From Patescibacteria group bacterium (GTDB lineage Bacteria; Patescibacteriota; Minisyncoccia; UBA6257; 1-14-0-10-40-38), in contig JBBTRX010000002.1 of the NCBI GenBank assembly GCA_038064975.1, forward strand, positions 880 through 64,879: DNA of 64,000 nt, in the 5' to 3' direction. Numbering within the stretch: the first letter of the stretch is position 1; the number at the start of each line of letters is the position of its first letter. The position numbers and the translations under genes are program-made. Shown in pieces: positions 20,245 through 29,722 of this stretch. The notes under the pieces were generated by a model. The model was not told the origin of the DNA, ran no database searches, and worked only from the letters and a program-made list of their open reading frames with translations.

Positions 20245-20796
20245 TTATTCGCTAATTTCTCTTATCTTCTTTTCAAGTATGCCATCAATTTCCTTATTCG
20301 CCTTATCGGTTTGTTCCTGAATCTTCTTTTTGCCGGAAAATTTTCCGTCTTCCGTTACCGTTTTTGCCTTGAATTCTTGCTCAAGTTTTTTATTTGCGTC
20401 ATCGCGGATGGAACGTATTTTGATTCTAGTTTTTTCCGCCATAGCTTTTGCGAACTTTGCGAGCTCATCTCTCCGCTCTAAAGTGAGTGACGGTAATTTT
20501 AAACGAATAATCATCCCATCAATTAATGGTGAAAGCCCAATCGGAGCAGACTCAATTGCTTTTGCGATCGCAGGAAGCGACCCCTTATCCCATGGAGCTA
20601 TCTGGAGTTCGTAGGGAGGTAAGACGCTGATAGCAGCGAGCTGTTTTACGCGAAACTGCTGATCCATATAGGGAACCTGAATATCTTCCACGAGAGACGG
20701 ACTAGGACGATTAGCGCGCACACCTGCAAGATCTTCATGAAGGCCTTGCATCGCTCGTACCGTATGTTCCTGCAATGTTTTTAAAATAGATTCCAT
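20245..20796 (-). CDS. frr: Ribosome recycling factor
   Basis: RANRPSPSLV, LTLERR, IRSIRDDA; ATG at 20796. Confidence 0.93.
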   Translation of the reverse strand: MESILKTLQEHTVRAMQGLHEDLAGVRANRPSPSLVEDIQVPYMDQQFRVKQLAAISVLPPYELQIAPWDKGSLPAIAKAIESAPIGLSPLIDGMIIRLKLPSLTLERRDELAKFAKAMAEKTRIKIRSIRDDANKKLEQEFKAKTVTEDGKFSGKKKIQEQTDKANKEIDGILEKKIREISE

Positions 20797-21072
20797 ATAG
20801 AACTCAATATAATACCATCCCCAAATCGCGTTGCCAACTATTTTGTCGGAGCGCAAGGCGCGAGGAGGAAATTGAAGCCACGGCATCGCTCACGACGAGC
20901 AACAATGCGATACGGCGAAATAGGCGCAACCCAAAGGGATATGGCCAATTTCCGCCATCACTACGTCGCTTCAGACTCGGAGTACCTACTTGGTACACCT
21001 TCGTCATTACTCCTTGTGCTTGCATAAATTGGCTCATATCGCGACTGAGGATAGTATTACATTGAGTTCTAT
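20797..21072. repeat. Long palindromic MITE/RPE-like element
   Basis: TIR ATAGAACTCAATATAATACCATCC matches right end 22/24; internal GCAAGGCGCGAGGAG...ACGAGCAAC. Confidence 0.8.
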
Positions 21073-21157
21073 TATATCCTGCAAATTTGCGGCAAGAAAT
21101 GAATAATAACGCCTGTAAATATAACGAAAAGAAATAATCCGAATGCTTTATCCATAG

Positions 21158-21883
21158 TTATGAGTTCCGGTTCTGGTGAGTAGAGAGCAATGCGGCCTCA
21201 AGCTGAAGCTTCTTGTTCGTATTGAATTGTTGCATGAGTGACCAGCGGTAGACAAGCGGGCGTAATTCGCGCCAATATTTTTTGCGATCTGAATAAATAG
21301 TGAAAAGTGCAGTTACAAATTCTTCAGCCGCGGTATCGTTTTCTAAGAGCTCTTTCAAGAACGCGCCAAGCCCTCTTCCAGAGGCAAGTTGTATCGCCTC
21401 GCGTGCAGATCGGAGCGCGGACTCACTAACTAGTGTTCGCCCCTCACCCGCTACATAGACCGCATAAAATCGCGATGCCAGCGTTCCTATAACCGTGCTG
21501 GGATCCCCGGCGGTCGCAAGGAGCAATGCATGCTCTGGCGGCTCTTCGGCAATTTTCAAAATCGCATGCTGTGCCGAAAGCGTAAGCTTATCAAGCGAAG
21601 TGATAATCGCGGTGCGCCGGTGCGTTCCGAAAGATTTAGTACTAAAGAAATATTTTAATTCCCGAGCAGTTGCTATGCCGGAATCCTCTGAACAATCAAA
21701 TACCTTCGCGTCAATAAGCGAAATTTCAGATTTCCACATTCCGCATTCCACATACATTGCGAGCAATTCCGCAAAACGAAGAGATTCATTTCGCGATGGC
21801 CCAAAAAAAAGATAGCTGTGTGCAAGACGTCCTTTAGCGATCACACGCTCAAAATCTTTTCTTAATCTTTCAGGCTTTGCCAT
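21158..21883 (-). CDS. holB: DNA polymerase III delta-prime-like clamp loader subunit (divergent)
   Basis: GRLAHSYLFFGP, AQHAILKIAEEPP, TLASR. Confidence 0.8.
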   Translation of the reverse strand: MAKPERLRKDFERVIAKGRLAHSYLFFGPSRNESLRFAELLAMYVECGMWKSEISLIDAKVFDCSEDSGIATARELKYFFSTKSFGTHRRTAIITSLDKLTLSAQHAILKIAEEPPEHALLLATAGDPSTVIGTLASRFYAVYVAGEGRTLVSESALRSAREAIQLASGRGLGAFLKELLENDTAAEEFVTALFTIYSDRKKYWRELRPLVYRWSLMQQFNTNKKLQLEAALLSTHQNRNS

Positions 21884-22890
21884 TATCTTTTATTCAAAAG
21901 TGTCTTCTTATAGACATCTAAATGATTCAAGATAAGACCAGTTCCCTTCGCTACACAAAACAAAGGATCTGGGGCAAGGTATGTAGAAACACCGGTCATA
22001 CGTTTAAAAAACTCATCAAGATGCCGGATTTGAGCCCCTCCGCCTGAGAGAACAATTCCCTTTTCCATAATATCCGCAACGAGCTCCGGGGGCGTCGCAT
22101 TGAAAACGCTTTGTACCGAGGCGGCAATATCAAGTAAATAAGGAGTGAAAGCTTCTGCTGCTTCGTTTGAACGGAAAATAATATCTTTAGGAAGTCCAGA
22201 AACGAGATCACGTCCGCGAACGAGAAACTCAAGCTGATCTTTTGCGGCAAGCGCGGCTCCGATTTCTATTTTAATATGTTCTGCCATTTGTTCTCCAATA
22301 GAAAGCGAATGTTTCTTTTTGATGTAATCAATAAGCGCTTGATCAAATTTATTTCCCGCAACACGTAAGCTCGTGGCAGATACAACGCTACCCAGAGAAA
22401 CCACAGCAACTTCAGAAGTCCCTCCTCCGATATTAATAATCATATTTCCGGAATATGCGTTGATAGGAATACCTGCGCCAAGCGCTGCTAAAATTGGTTC
22501 TTTCACAACATATGCTTCTTTTGCTCCCGCTTCCTTCGCGGCATTAATAACAGCGCGCCGTTCGGTCTGTGTAATACCCGCAGGAACAGAAATAACAACC
22601 TCTGGTTTTAATACATGGAATCTCCCTATCGCTTTTGCGATAAAATAGCGGAGCATCGCCTTCGTAATATAATAGTCCGCAATAACACCGTCTTTGAGCG
22701 GACGGTACGCCACGATATCATCCGGAGTTCTTCCCAACATTTCCTTTGCTTCTCTCCCCACAGCAAGGACTGTATTTTCCGGAACGCTTAACGCAACGAT
22801 CGTTGGCTCATTGATAATAAAGCCCTTCCCAGGCATAAAGACAATCGTATTCGCCGTTCCTAAATCAATGCCAATTTTTGTATTAAACAT
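21883..22890 (-). CDS. mreB: Second MreB/Mbl paralog
   Basis: GIDLGTAN, NIGGGTSE, GGGAQI. Confidence 0.92.
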   Translation of the reverse strand: MFNTKIGIDLGTANTIVFMPGKGFIINEPTIVALSVPENTVLAVGREAKEMLGRTPDDIVAYRPLKDGVIADYYITKAMLRYFIAKAIGRFHVLKPEVVISVPAGITQTERRAVINAAKEAGAKEAYVVKEPILAALGAGIPINAYSGNMIINIGGGTSEVAVVSLGSVVSATSLRVAGNKFDQALIDYIKKKHSLSIGEQMAEHIKIEIGAALAAKDQLEFLVRGRDLVSGLPKDIIFRSNEAAEAFTPYLLDIAASVQSVFNATPPELVADIMEKGIVLSGGGAQIRHLDEFFKRMTGVSTYLAPDPLFCVAKGTGLILNHLDVYKKTLLNKR

Positions 22891-22966
22891 AGCGGTCAGT
22901 TGTCCATGTATTCTACGAGAGCTAGAGCAATTCTGCAAATAATTCTTCATAAGCTTTTTGAGCTAT

Positions 22967-23017
22967 AAAAAAGACCCCATGCCCCACAAGCTTCACAAGC
23001 TTGAGAGACACGGGGTC
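22967..23017 (-). terminator. Intrinsic terminator of the DGR-target-like gene
   Basis: GACCCC..AAGCTT GTG AAGCTT..GGGGTC then T6. Confidence 0.75.
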
Positions 23018-23110
23018 GAAATCGGGGACCTCGTCCGAACGTACCGTTCGGTACGGGCGGGCAAAGTACCAAGGGTCAAAGAATCCCGAGGTTCATAGGT
23101 CCAAGCGCTA

Positions 23111-23770
23111 CTACTTGCGACGAACGAAGACCCAGCGGTAGTCGGCGAACCAGAAGAGGTCAGCGCTGCCGCTGCTACCGTCCAACCAGACTTCATCGCC
23201 ATCGCGCCTGAGGATGAACACGCTCAGGCTGCCGCCCGAGTCCGCGATGGGTTCCATTCCAATGAGAACCCAGTCGTTCATCGGTTGGTCCAGGTACTGC
23301 AGTCGGAGCTGAGGACCGACTTCTGCAGAGCAGAGATCCAAGCCCAGTTCTCGAGCTCGCTCGTAGATCTGAGCTCTGGTCGCGCCCTTCTTGAAGCCAA
23401 GATCAGCAACGGAAACCACGACGAGGTCGAGAGAAACTTCTTCGGCAGCTACCGTGAAGGCAGGTTTGCCCAGGATGTCGTTCGCCCAATTGCTGATCTT
23501 CATGCCCGCCTTCTTCAAGGCTGAACGGAAGTCGGCGGCGGTCTTCAGGCCAGTGTCGAGTTTCACCTGTTTCCAGGTGGCGAAGTCGATGGGCCCCAAC
23601 CCGACGAACTTGCGGAATGCCGATCGGTCAGGAACCGTCCCACCCTGAATCGCTTGGATGAGATCAGTCAGGTATCCATCATGGAGAACTCTCAAGTCCT
23701 CGGAACTCGGGTCGTGTTGGCCAATCAAGGTGAGTGTGTGTGCTGCTTGCGGGAATGTCGAAGTGCTCAT
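23111..23770 (-). CDS. Putative DGR target protein with C-terminal variable region (CLec-like)
   Basis: C-terminus DSGGSLSVF...WLDG...W.ADYRWVFVRRK; NNC-biased codons; downstream hairpins. Confidence 0.7.
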   Translation of the reverse strand: MSTSTFPQAAHTLTLIGQHDPSSEDLRVLHDGYLTDLIQAIQGGTVPDRSAFRKFVGLGPIDFATWKQVKLDTGLKTAADFRSALKKAGMKISNWANDILGKPAFTVAAEEVSLDLVVVSVADLGFKKGATRAQIYERARELGLDLCSAEVGPQLRLQYLDQPMNDWVLIGMEPIADSGGSLSVFILRRDGDEVWLDGSSGSADLFWFADYRWVFVRRK

Positions 23771-23926
23771 AGGTACTCCTATGTGGCGCTACTCCCTTTC
23801 GGGGTAGCTAGGTTCGGAATGCTAGAGGACAACCACAGTAGTAGTCATAGCAAGAAAACCTCGATATTATTTCCAAGGCCTTTTGGCTATGACTACGCGC
23901 AAGTTGTATCAAAGAGCTATAGTTGC

Positions 23927-23955
23927 ATTATACTCCTATTTCTCTTATTTGTCAA
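23927..23955 (-). promoter_or_regulatory. Consensus sigma70 promoter
   Basis: TTGACA-17 nt-TATAAT; boxA-like GCTCTTTGATA follows. Confidence 0.85.
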
Positions 23956-24053
23956 TATACCATAGAAGCCCTTTAATCTAGGGCTTTTTGTTATGCGATT
24001 TTTCTTCTTTTATTTCCTCAATCTCCTTACCTCATCAACTTATCAACCGTATT

Positions 24054-25313
24054 CTAATCTCTCACAATATCCGCCCCCAATGCGCGTAAACGTTCATCAA
24101 GTTTTTCATATCCCCTATCAATCTGCTCCGCTTCTTCAATAATACTTTCTTCACGAGCAACAAGTGCGGCTATCACAAGAGTCGCTCCTGCGCGGAGATC
24201 AAGCGATTGCATGGTCGTACCATGGAGCACCGCAGGTCCGTGGACGAGTGCGCGATGAGGATCTAAAATAGTCGCTTCAACTCCCATCTTCTTCAACTCA
24301 CCAATGTATTGCAATCTTCCTTCGTAGAGCGTGTCAAAAATAACCGACGTCCCCTCTGCTTGAGTTGCCAAAACGCCGAAAGGCGCCTGAAGATCGCTTG
24401 GAATTCCCGGGTAGATGCGAGCGTCAATTTTTGCGGCTTTCAAGTTACTTTCCGATCCACGAACCGTAAGTCTGTCTTTCTCTACATCAAGTACGACACC
24501 CATCTGTCGCAACTTAATGAGGACTGCATCAAGAGATTCCGGTACAATGCCCTCAATCGTAATAGTACTGCGTGTTGCCGCGGCAAGAATAGCAAATGTC
24601 CCTGCTTCAATATCATCAGGAATGATACGATGACGAATTTCAGACGCTTGTTTTCCTTGCAAAGGAAGAACGCGGAGCGTGTGTGTTCCCATGCCTTGAA
24701 CTTCGTATCCAAGTTTAGTTAAAAAGATAGCCGTGTCAGAAACGTGCGGTTCAAGAGCTGCAAGACGAATAGTGAGACCATGCTTAGTGCCGAGCATCAA
24801 CATATTCTCCGTTGCTGTTACGCTGAACTCTTGGAGTAATATCGTATCCTGTTCCGATTCTGAAAAATGAAACTCGTAATACCCATCTTCCTGATTAAAC
24901 GCGTACTCAACCCCTGCATCACGGAGTGCCATAAGATGCGTATCAATAGGACGAGCGCCGATATGACACCCCCCGGGAAAACTTAATTTCGCTTTTCCAA
25001 AACGTGAAAGGAGTGGCCCAACAAGAAGAATAGAAGATCGTATTTTGCGAACTAAATGCTGATCAATATTGTCTGGGTTAATGTTTGCATTAACAATGCG
25101 GAGTGTATGCTCTCCTAGCCATTCATATGTTGATCCCATACTCTTCAGAATTTGCAATAACGTCTCTACGTCGCCAATGCGAGGAATATTTTCTAGAGTC
25201 ACGGGAGTGTCCGTAAGAAGTGTTGCCGCAATAATAGGCGTGGCAGCATTTTTTGCGCCAGAAACCCGAATAGTCCCTTCTAGTTTTTTTCCACCATTGA
25301 TGACGAATTTCAT
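24054..25313 (-). CDS. murA: UDP-N-acetylglucosamine 1-carboxyvinyltransferase
   Basis: SGAKNA, PGGCHIGARPID, DLRAGA, IDRGYE. Confidence 0.97.
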   Translation of the reverse strand: MKFVINGGKKLEGTIRVSGAKNAATPIIAATLLTDTPVTLENIPRIGDVETLLQILKSMGSTYEWLGEHTLRIVNANINPDNIDQHLVRKIRSSILLVGPLLSRFGKAKLSFPGGCHIGARPIDTHLMALRDAGVEYAFNQEDGYYEFHFSESEQDTILLQEFSVTATENMLMLGTKHGLTIRLAALEPHVSDTAIFLTKLGYEVQGMGTHTLRVLPLQGKQASEIRHRIIPDDIEAGTFAILAAATRSTITIEGIVPESLDAVLIKLRQMGVVLDVEKDRLTVRGSESNLKAAKIDARIYPGIPSDLQAPFGVLATQAEGTSVIFDTLYEGRLQYIGELKKMGVEATILDPHRALVHGPAVLHGTTMQSLDLRAGATLVIAALVAREESIIEEAEQIDRGYEKLDERLRALGADIVRD

Positions 25314-25360
25314 GGATGTAATACCCTCATACTATCTAAAAACACATCGAGAAGATAGTT

Positions 25361-25789
25361 TTATTTTTTGTGAGAAATATTTTTATTGCGATACATACTA
25401 AGAAAAATAAAAGCTCCCATTACATCAGCTACAAGATCAATCATAGTATCAGTAAGGGACGGTTGAGCTCGAAAAGGAATACTATCTTTAATAAAGAATG
25501 TATCAAGAAAAAACTCAAAAACTTCCCATCCAATTCCCACAATTGCCGTAAATCCAATCGCTGCTATAAAAAGGATAACTCCATATCGTTCCTGTGGGTT
25601 TTTTGTTATTCGCGTTTGAAGACCGTAGAGAAAAATACCAGTAATCCAAAAACCACCGAGCGCATGGAGCACGGTGTCGTAATGCGAAAGCGTCCAACTC
25701 CATTCTTGGGTATTACCAAGAATATTGAGCCCTAAGATTAGGGTTACGAATACAAGAAGAAATTTTGGAGCAACAAGAATATGTTGCAT
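25361..25789 (-). CDS. Membrane protein (VanZ/DUF2238-like)
   Basis: YDTVLHALGG, WEVFEF, DTMIDLVAD. Confidence 0.65.
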   Translation of the reverse strand: MQHILVAPKFLLVFVTLILGLNILGNTQEWSWTLSHYDTVLHALGGFWITGIFLYGLQTRITKNPQERYGVILFIAAIGFTAIVGIGWEVFEFFLDTFFIKDSIPFRAQPSLTDTMIDLVADVMGAFIFLSMYRNKNISHKK

Positions 25790-25801
25790 TCTTTAAAGAT
25801 T

Positions 25802-25919
25802 TAGACCACTTGTGGAAACGCTTCGCGTTTTTTGAAACCCTCGGTTTCAAACAGGAGCTTCCGATACGGGGATGGCAGAACCTCTGCCCTCCCCGACCCC
25901 CTCCCTTCCACAATGTTCT
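25802..25919. repeat. Degenerate palindromic REP/RPE-like element
   Basis: AGACCACTTGTGGAA...TTCCACAATGTTCT; internal TTTGAAACC-CTC-GGTTTCAAA and GGCAGA-ACC-TCTGCC hairpins. Confidence 0.55.
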
Positions 25920-25922
25920 TCA

Positions 25923-26330
25923 CTAGCGTTTTGACCATTGTGGAGCACGACGGGCTTTTTTGAGTCCGTATTTCTTACGCTCAACTTTGCGGGCATCCCG
26001 AGTAATGAATCCCGCTTTACGAAGACGCTTTTTAGCCTCAACGTCAGTTTTGACAATAGCTTTTGCGATAGCATTCTGTACGGCAACCGCTTGGGCACGT
26101 ATACCTCCACCCGCTACTCGAACCGTCGCTTTAACCGTATCTGCGAGTTGAAGAAGCTTAAATGGAGCAGCAACCGCCTGCTGATCGCGAGGAGATTTAA
26201 AATATTCTTTATATTCTTTATCGTTAACAACAATACCCTTACTGGACTCATGAATCCGGGCTCGCGCATGTGCGGTCTTTCTCCCGCCTCTCGCTTCAAC
26301 GTACCTTGATTGTGGTGCTTTAGTAGTCAT
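25923..26330 (-). CDS. rpsI: 30S ribosomal protein S9
   Basis: GGRKTA, ERKKYGLKKARRAPQWSKR. Confidence 0.97.
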   Translation of the reverse strand: MTTKAPQSRYVEARGGRKTAHARARIHESSKGIVVNDKEYKEYFKSPRDQQAVAAPFKLLQLADTVKATVRVAGGGIRAQAVAVQNAIAKAIVKTDVEAKKRLRKAGFITRDARKVERKKYGLKKARRAPQWSKR

Positions 26331-26340
26331 GGCAATAATT

Positions 26341-26682
26341 TTACCGTTCAATATGAAGGCGCTTTAAACGCTTCGCGCGAAGGCGATTTTTGGGAAGCAT
26401 ATTGTATACTGCGCGGCGCAAAACTTCTTCAGGAGATTTTGTAAATGCCTGCTCAAATGTCTCTTCGTACAAATGCCCCATGTATCCCGTGTGACGGTAA
26501 TATACTTTTTGCGTATCTTTCTTTCCTGATACGGCAAGCTGAGAAGCATTCTTAATCACAATGCGATTAATTCCGGAAAGCCGAGGGTCGTACTGCGGAG
26601 TTGTTTTGCCCTGCAAAAGACCGGCAATCTGCGTTGCTAATCTTCCCAATCGTTGATTTGTCGCGTCAATAATATGTTCCAT
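26341..26682 (-). CDS. rplM: 50S ribosomal protein L13
   Basis: IIDAT..LGRLA, YYRHTGY, MLPKN. Confidence 0.96.
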   Translation of the reverse strand: MEHIIDATNQRLGRLATQIAGLLQGKTTPQYDPRLSGINRIVIKNASQLAVSGKKDTQKVYYRHTGYMGHLYEETFEQAFTKSPEEVLRRAVYNMLPKNRLRAKRLKRLHIER

Positions 26683-26687
26683 ATGCG

Positions 26688-27032
26688 TTATGCGATAAAT
26701 TCTATAGTCGCGAGAGCCACACTATCCCGCTTTCTGCGACGATTATCTTTAACAATCCGTAAATATCCCCCATTCCGTTTGGCATAGCGGGGAGCAATTT
26801 CATAAAACAATTTTTCAGCTGCAGCTTTTGGAAGAACAGCAGTTAATCTGCGAAAACTTACTAGATTCTGTTTTTTAGCAATAGAAACTAAACGCTCCAC
26901 CATGGGGCGGATTTCTTTCGCGCGAGGCACCGTTGTTTCAATACTCTCGTAAACCACGAGATTATTCGCCAATCCTTTTAAAAACAAGCGGCGGCGTCCC
27001 CGTATTCTGTTGAATTTCCGTAGCTTTGGCAT
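26688..27032 (-). CDS. rplQ: 50S ribosomal protein L17
   Basis: IETTVPRAKE, RNGGYLRI. Confidence 0.96.
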   Translation of the reverse strand: MPKLRKFNRIRGRRRLFLKGLANNLVVYESIETTVPRAKEIRPMVERLVSIAKKQNLVSFRRLTAVLPKAAAEKLFYEIAPRYAKRNGGYLRIVKDNRRRKRDSVALATIEFIA

Positions 27033-27035
27033 GTC

Positions 27036-27794
27036 TTATGAATTCTTTTTTGAAGCTTTCTTTGGTTTCTTCGGTTCATCCGAAGTTATTTTAGGTGTTT
27101 CAACTTCAATACCTGAAATTTTTTCGAAAGACTCTTTTAAAATCGCAGCTGAACGCTGGAATGCCTGGGATGGCGTGATGCTGCCGTCCGTAAGAATAAC
27201 AATGCGCATCCGATTATAGTCGGTGCGATCACCAACGCGCATGTTCTCAACCGTAAAATTAACATTGATAACTGGAGAAAAGATGGAGTCAACTGCAACA
27301 ACGCCGATAGGCAATTTTTCTGCCCGGCGCATTTCAGCGGGAACATATCCCAAGCCCTGCTCTACTGTGAGCTCCATTTCAAGTGTGAAAGATTTCTCAG
27401 TGACGGTAACGATGTGTACATCAGAATTAATAACTTCCACATTAGCATTGCCTTCAATGTTTTGAGCAGTAACCTTCCCCTCCCCTTTAAACTTTAATGT
27501 AAGGACTTGTGGTTCGGCTGTATGAATGCGAAAACGGACCCGTTTTAAATTCAACATGATTTCAACAACATCCTCGAGAATTCCCGGGACTGTGCTGAAT
27601 TCATGATTAATGCCTTTAATTTTAAACTGCGTAACTGCCGCTCCGGGAAGCGAAGAAAGTAATACCCGACGCAAAGCATTACCGATGGTAACGCCATATC
27701 CGGTGTATAAACCTTCAATCTCAAACACGCCCTCGCGATCGGTCTCGGAGATTTTCTTAATTCCTAATGTTTCGCTTAATTGTTCGTAGTGCAT
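27036..27794 (-). CDS. rpoA: RNA polymerase alpha subunit (NTD only, 252 aa)
   Basis: GYGVTIGNALRRVLLSSLPG, HEFST, DSIFSPV, TDGSITP. Confidence 0.95.
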   Translation of the reverse strand: MHYEQLSETLGIKKISETDREGVFEIEGLYTGYGVTIGNALRRVLLSSLPGAAVTQFKIKGINHEFSTVPGILEDVVEIMLNLKRVRFRIHTAEPQVLTLKFKGEGKVTAQNIEGNANVEVINSDVHIVTVTEKSFTLEMELTVEQGLGYVPAEMRRAEKLPIGVVAVDSIFSPVINVNFTVENMRVGDRTDYNRMRIVILTDGSITPSQAFQRSAAILKESFEKISGIEVETPKITSDEPKKPKKASKKNS

Positions 27795-27799
27795 ATGTG

Positions 27800-28423
27800 C
27801 TATTTTACGATTTTTGCATAATAATCGACGACTTTATTGACATCAAATGAGTCTTCAGTCTCCGAAGGCAGGCGCAGAACCTTTCCTTCTATCTTCGCAT
27901 CATCTATAGCAAGCCATTCCGGAGTCGTATAGTTTTTGAGTGTAGCAGAAAGATTTTGAAAAAGCGCGTAACCACTGGATTCTGGCCTAATAGTTATGAT
28001 ATCGCCGACCCGGACGCGATATGACGGGATCGTCATTTTTCGCCCATTAATCATGATGTGGCCATGTCCTACAAGCTGACGCCCGACAGATCGGGATGGA
28101 GCAATGCCGAGACGAAAAACTACGTTATCAAGGCGCCGTTCCAAAAGATGGATGATCGTGTCTCCCGTTACTGCAGGATTTTTCACCGCTTCACGGAAAA
28201 TGCGCTTCATATAGGAATCACGCAAACCATAGCTCCATTGGAACTTTTGCTTTTCCTGAAGCTGTTGGCCGAATTCAGAGAGAGCACGACGTCTGCGCTT
28301 ACCATGAAACCCTGGGCGGGAAGCTCGGCGGGTAAGAGCACATTTTGGAGAATTACAACGATGCGGCTTGGTAAAAAGCTTTACCCCTAACGCACGTTCT
28401 CTTTTTTCTTGAGTATTAAACAT
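27800..28423 (-). CDS. rpsD: 30S ribosomal protein S4
   Basis: QLQEKQK, LERRLDNVVFRLG, RQLVGHGH. Confidence 0.97.
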   Translation of the reverse strand: MFNTQEKRERALGVKLFTKPHRCNSPKCALTRRASRPGFHGKRRRRALSEFGQQLQEKQKFQWSYGLRDSYMKRIFREAVKNPAVTGDTIIHLLERRLDNVVFRLGIAPSRSVGRQLVGHGHIMINGRKMTIPSYRVRVGDIITIRPESSGYALFQNLSATLKNYTTPEWLAIDDAKIEGKVLRLPSETEDSFDVNKVVDYYAKIVK

Positions 28424-28429
28424 GGCGTT

Positions 28430-28882
28430 TTAAATTCTTCGTACTTTTGGCGGGCGAGGACCATTGTGAGGAATAGGAGTGATGTCTTTTATGGAAAGAA
28501 TATTAAATCCCCTATTCGCAAGCGAACGGAGCGCGGAATCTCTTCCTCCTCCAATGCCGCTCACAAACACATGAACATTGACTGGTCCGGATTTCTGCAA
28601 TTTTTCTGCAAGCGCGGAAATTACTTTTGCTGAAGCGAAAGGAGTTGCCTTCTTGGGCCCGGTAAAACCAAGCGATCCGGCAGTACTCCAGGCAACAACA
28701 TTACCCTTTTCATCCGTAACGGTAATGACGGTATTGTTGTAGGACGCATTAACATAGACGCGTCCGTTCTCATACTTCTTACTCGCCGTTTTTCCGGCGG
28801 TTTTTTGGAATGCAACATCAAGAGTGTCTTTCTCCTTGAGTGCCTGTTCAGTTGTTTGTCGTGCGACTTTTTTCTTTCCCAT
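28430..28882 (-). CDS. rpsK: 30S ribosomal protein S11
   Basis: SYNNT, KATPFA, DITPIPHNG. Confidence 0.97.
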   Translation of the reverse strand: MGKKKVARQTTEQALKEKDTLDVAFQKTAGKTASKKYENGRVYVNASYNNTVITVTDEKGNVVAWSTAGSLGFTGPKKATPFASAKVISALAEKLQKSGPVNVHVFVSGIGGGRDSALRSLANRGFNILSIKDITPIPHNGPRPPKVRRI

Positions 28883-28891
28883 ATTAATTCA

Positions 28892-29275
28892 TTACTTCAA
28901 TTCGACTTTCCGCTTTCCGCTTCCTGCGGTCTTACGCATATTACCCCGGACAGTTCGCGAATTTGTTTTAGTCCGTTGTCCACGTACAGGAAGTCGGCGC
29001 ATATGGCGCATGCCACGATATGACTGTATTTCTTTTAAAAGATTAATATTCTGCTTGATCATCTGCCGAAGCTCTCCTTCAACTTTGAATTTGGATTCAA
29101 TGGCTTTCTGAAGAGCGTTTAATTCATCGGCATTCAGATCTTTAGTCCGTTTGTTCGGATCAATTTTTGCAGTATGTAAAATTTCTTTAGCATGGGCAAG
29201 CCCGATGCCATAAATAGAAGTGAGCGCAATTTCAATGCGCTTCTGATCCGGAATATTTACGCCAACGATACGCAT
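28892..29275 (-). CDS. rpsM: 30S ribosomal protein S13
   Basis: ALTSIYGIG, LPVRGQRTKTNSRT. Confidence 0.97.
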   Translation of the reverse strand: MRIVGVNIPDQKRIEIALTSIYGIGLAHAKEILHTAKIDPNKRTKDLNADELNALQKAIESKFKVEGELRQMIKQNINLLKEIQSYRGMRHMRRLPVRGQRTKTNSRTVRGNMRKTAGSGKRKVELK

Positions 29276-29281
29276 ATAAGT

Positions 29282-29395
29282 TTATCCTTGTCTTTGTTTA
29301 TGTTTTTTTGTTCTGCACACAACATACACTCGCTTACCGCGGCGTACAACTTTGCATTGGCTGCAAATTTTTTTAACTGATGAACGGACTTTCAT
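29282..29395 (-). CDS. rpmJ: 50S ribosomal protein L36
   Basis: [37 protein letters not shown]. Confidence 0.97.
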   Translation of the reverse strand: MKVRSSVKKICSQCKVVRRGKRVYVVCRTKKHKQRQG

Positions 29396-29429
29396 GCCGC
29401 TAGTGTTGTGTGTAAATAAAATATATCCC

Positions 29430-29645
29430 TTACAAACGCCGGACGATTCTTCCTCGGCTATCGTCATAAGGACTAAACTCGACGAGTACCTGATCTCCCG
29501 GCAAAATCCTAATGTAATGAATCCGCATTTTACCCGAGAGATGGGCAAGAACTTCGCGTCCATTTTCAAGCCGAACACGGAACATGGTAGCAGGAAGATT
29601 TTCCTCAACCACGCCTTGAAGGCGTTCTACGCCTTTATCTGCCAT
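29430..29645 (-). CDS. infA: Translation initiation factor IF-1
   Basis: [23 protein letters not shown]. Confidence 0.97.
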   Translation of the reverse strand: MADKGVERLQGVVEENLPATMFRVRLENGREVLAHLSGKMRIHYIRILPGDQVLVEFSPYDDSRGRIVRRL

Positions 29646-29722
29646 ATCCGGACTGTAATGGAGCTACTGGTGCGAAAAGCCACATAAGAATTGGAGTTCA
29701 ATGCTAGCACGCAGGGGCTTTT

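Noticed and set aside
20804-21037. 77-aa ORF and N-terminal extensions of frr, the sugar transferase and the 57250 gene
   Set aside because: They run through palindromic elements; better starts lie just outside them
16825-22890. Two mreB genes as a novelty or misassembly
   Set aside because: The sequences are clearly diverged paralogs, and multiple MreB copies are common
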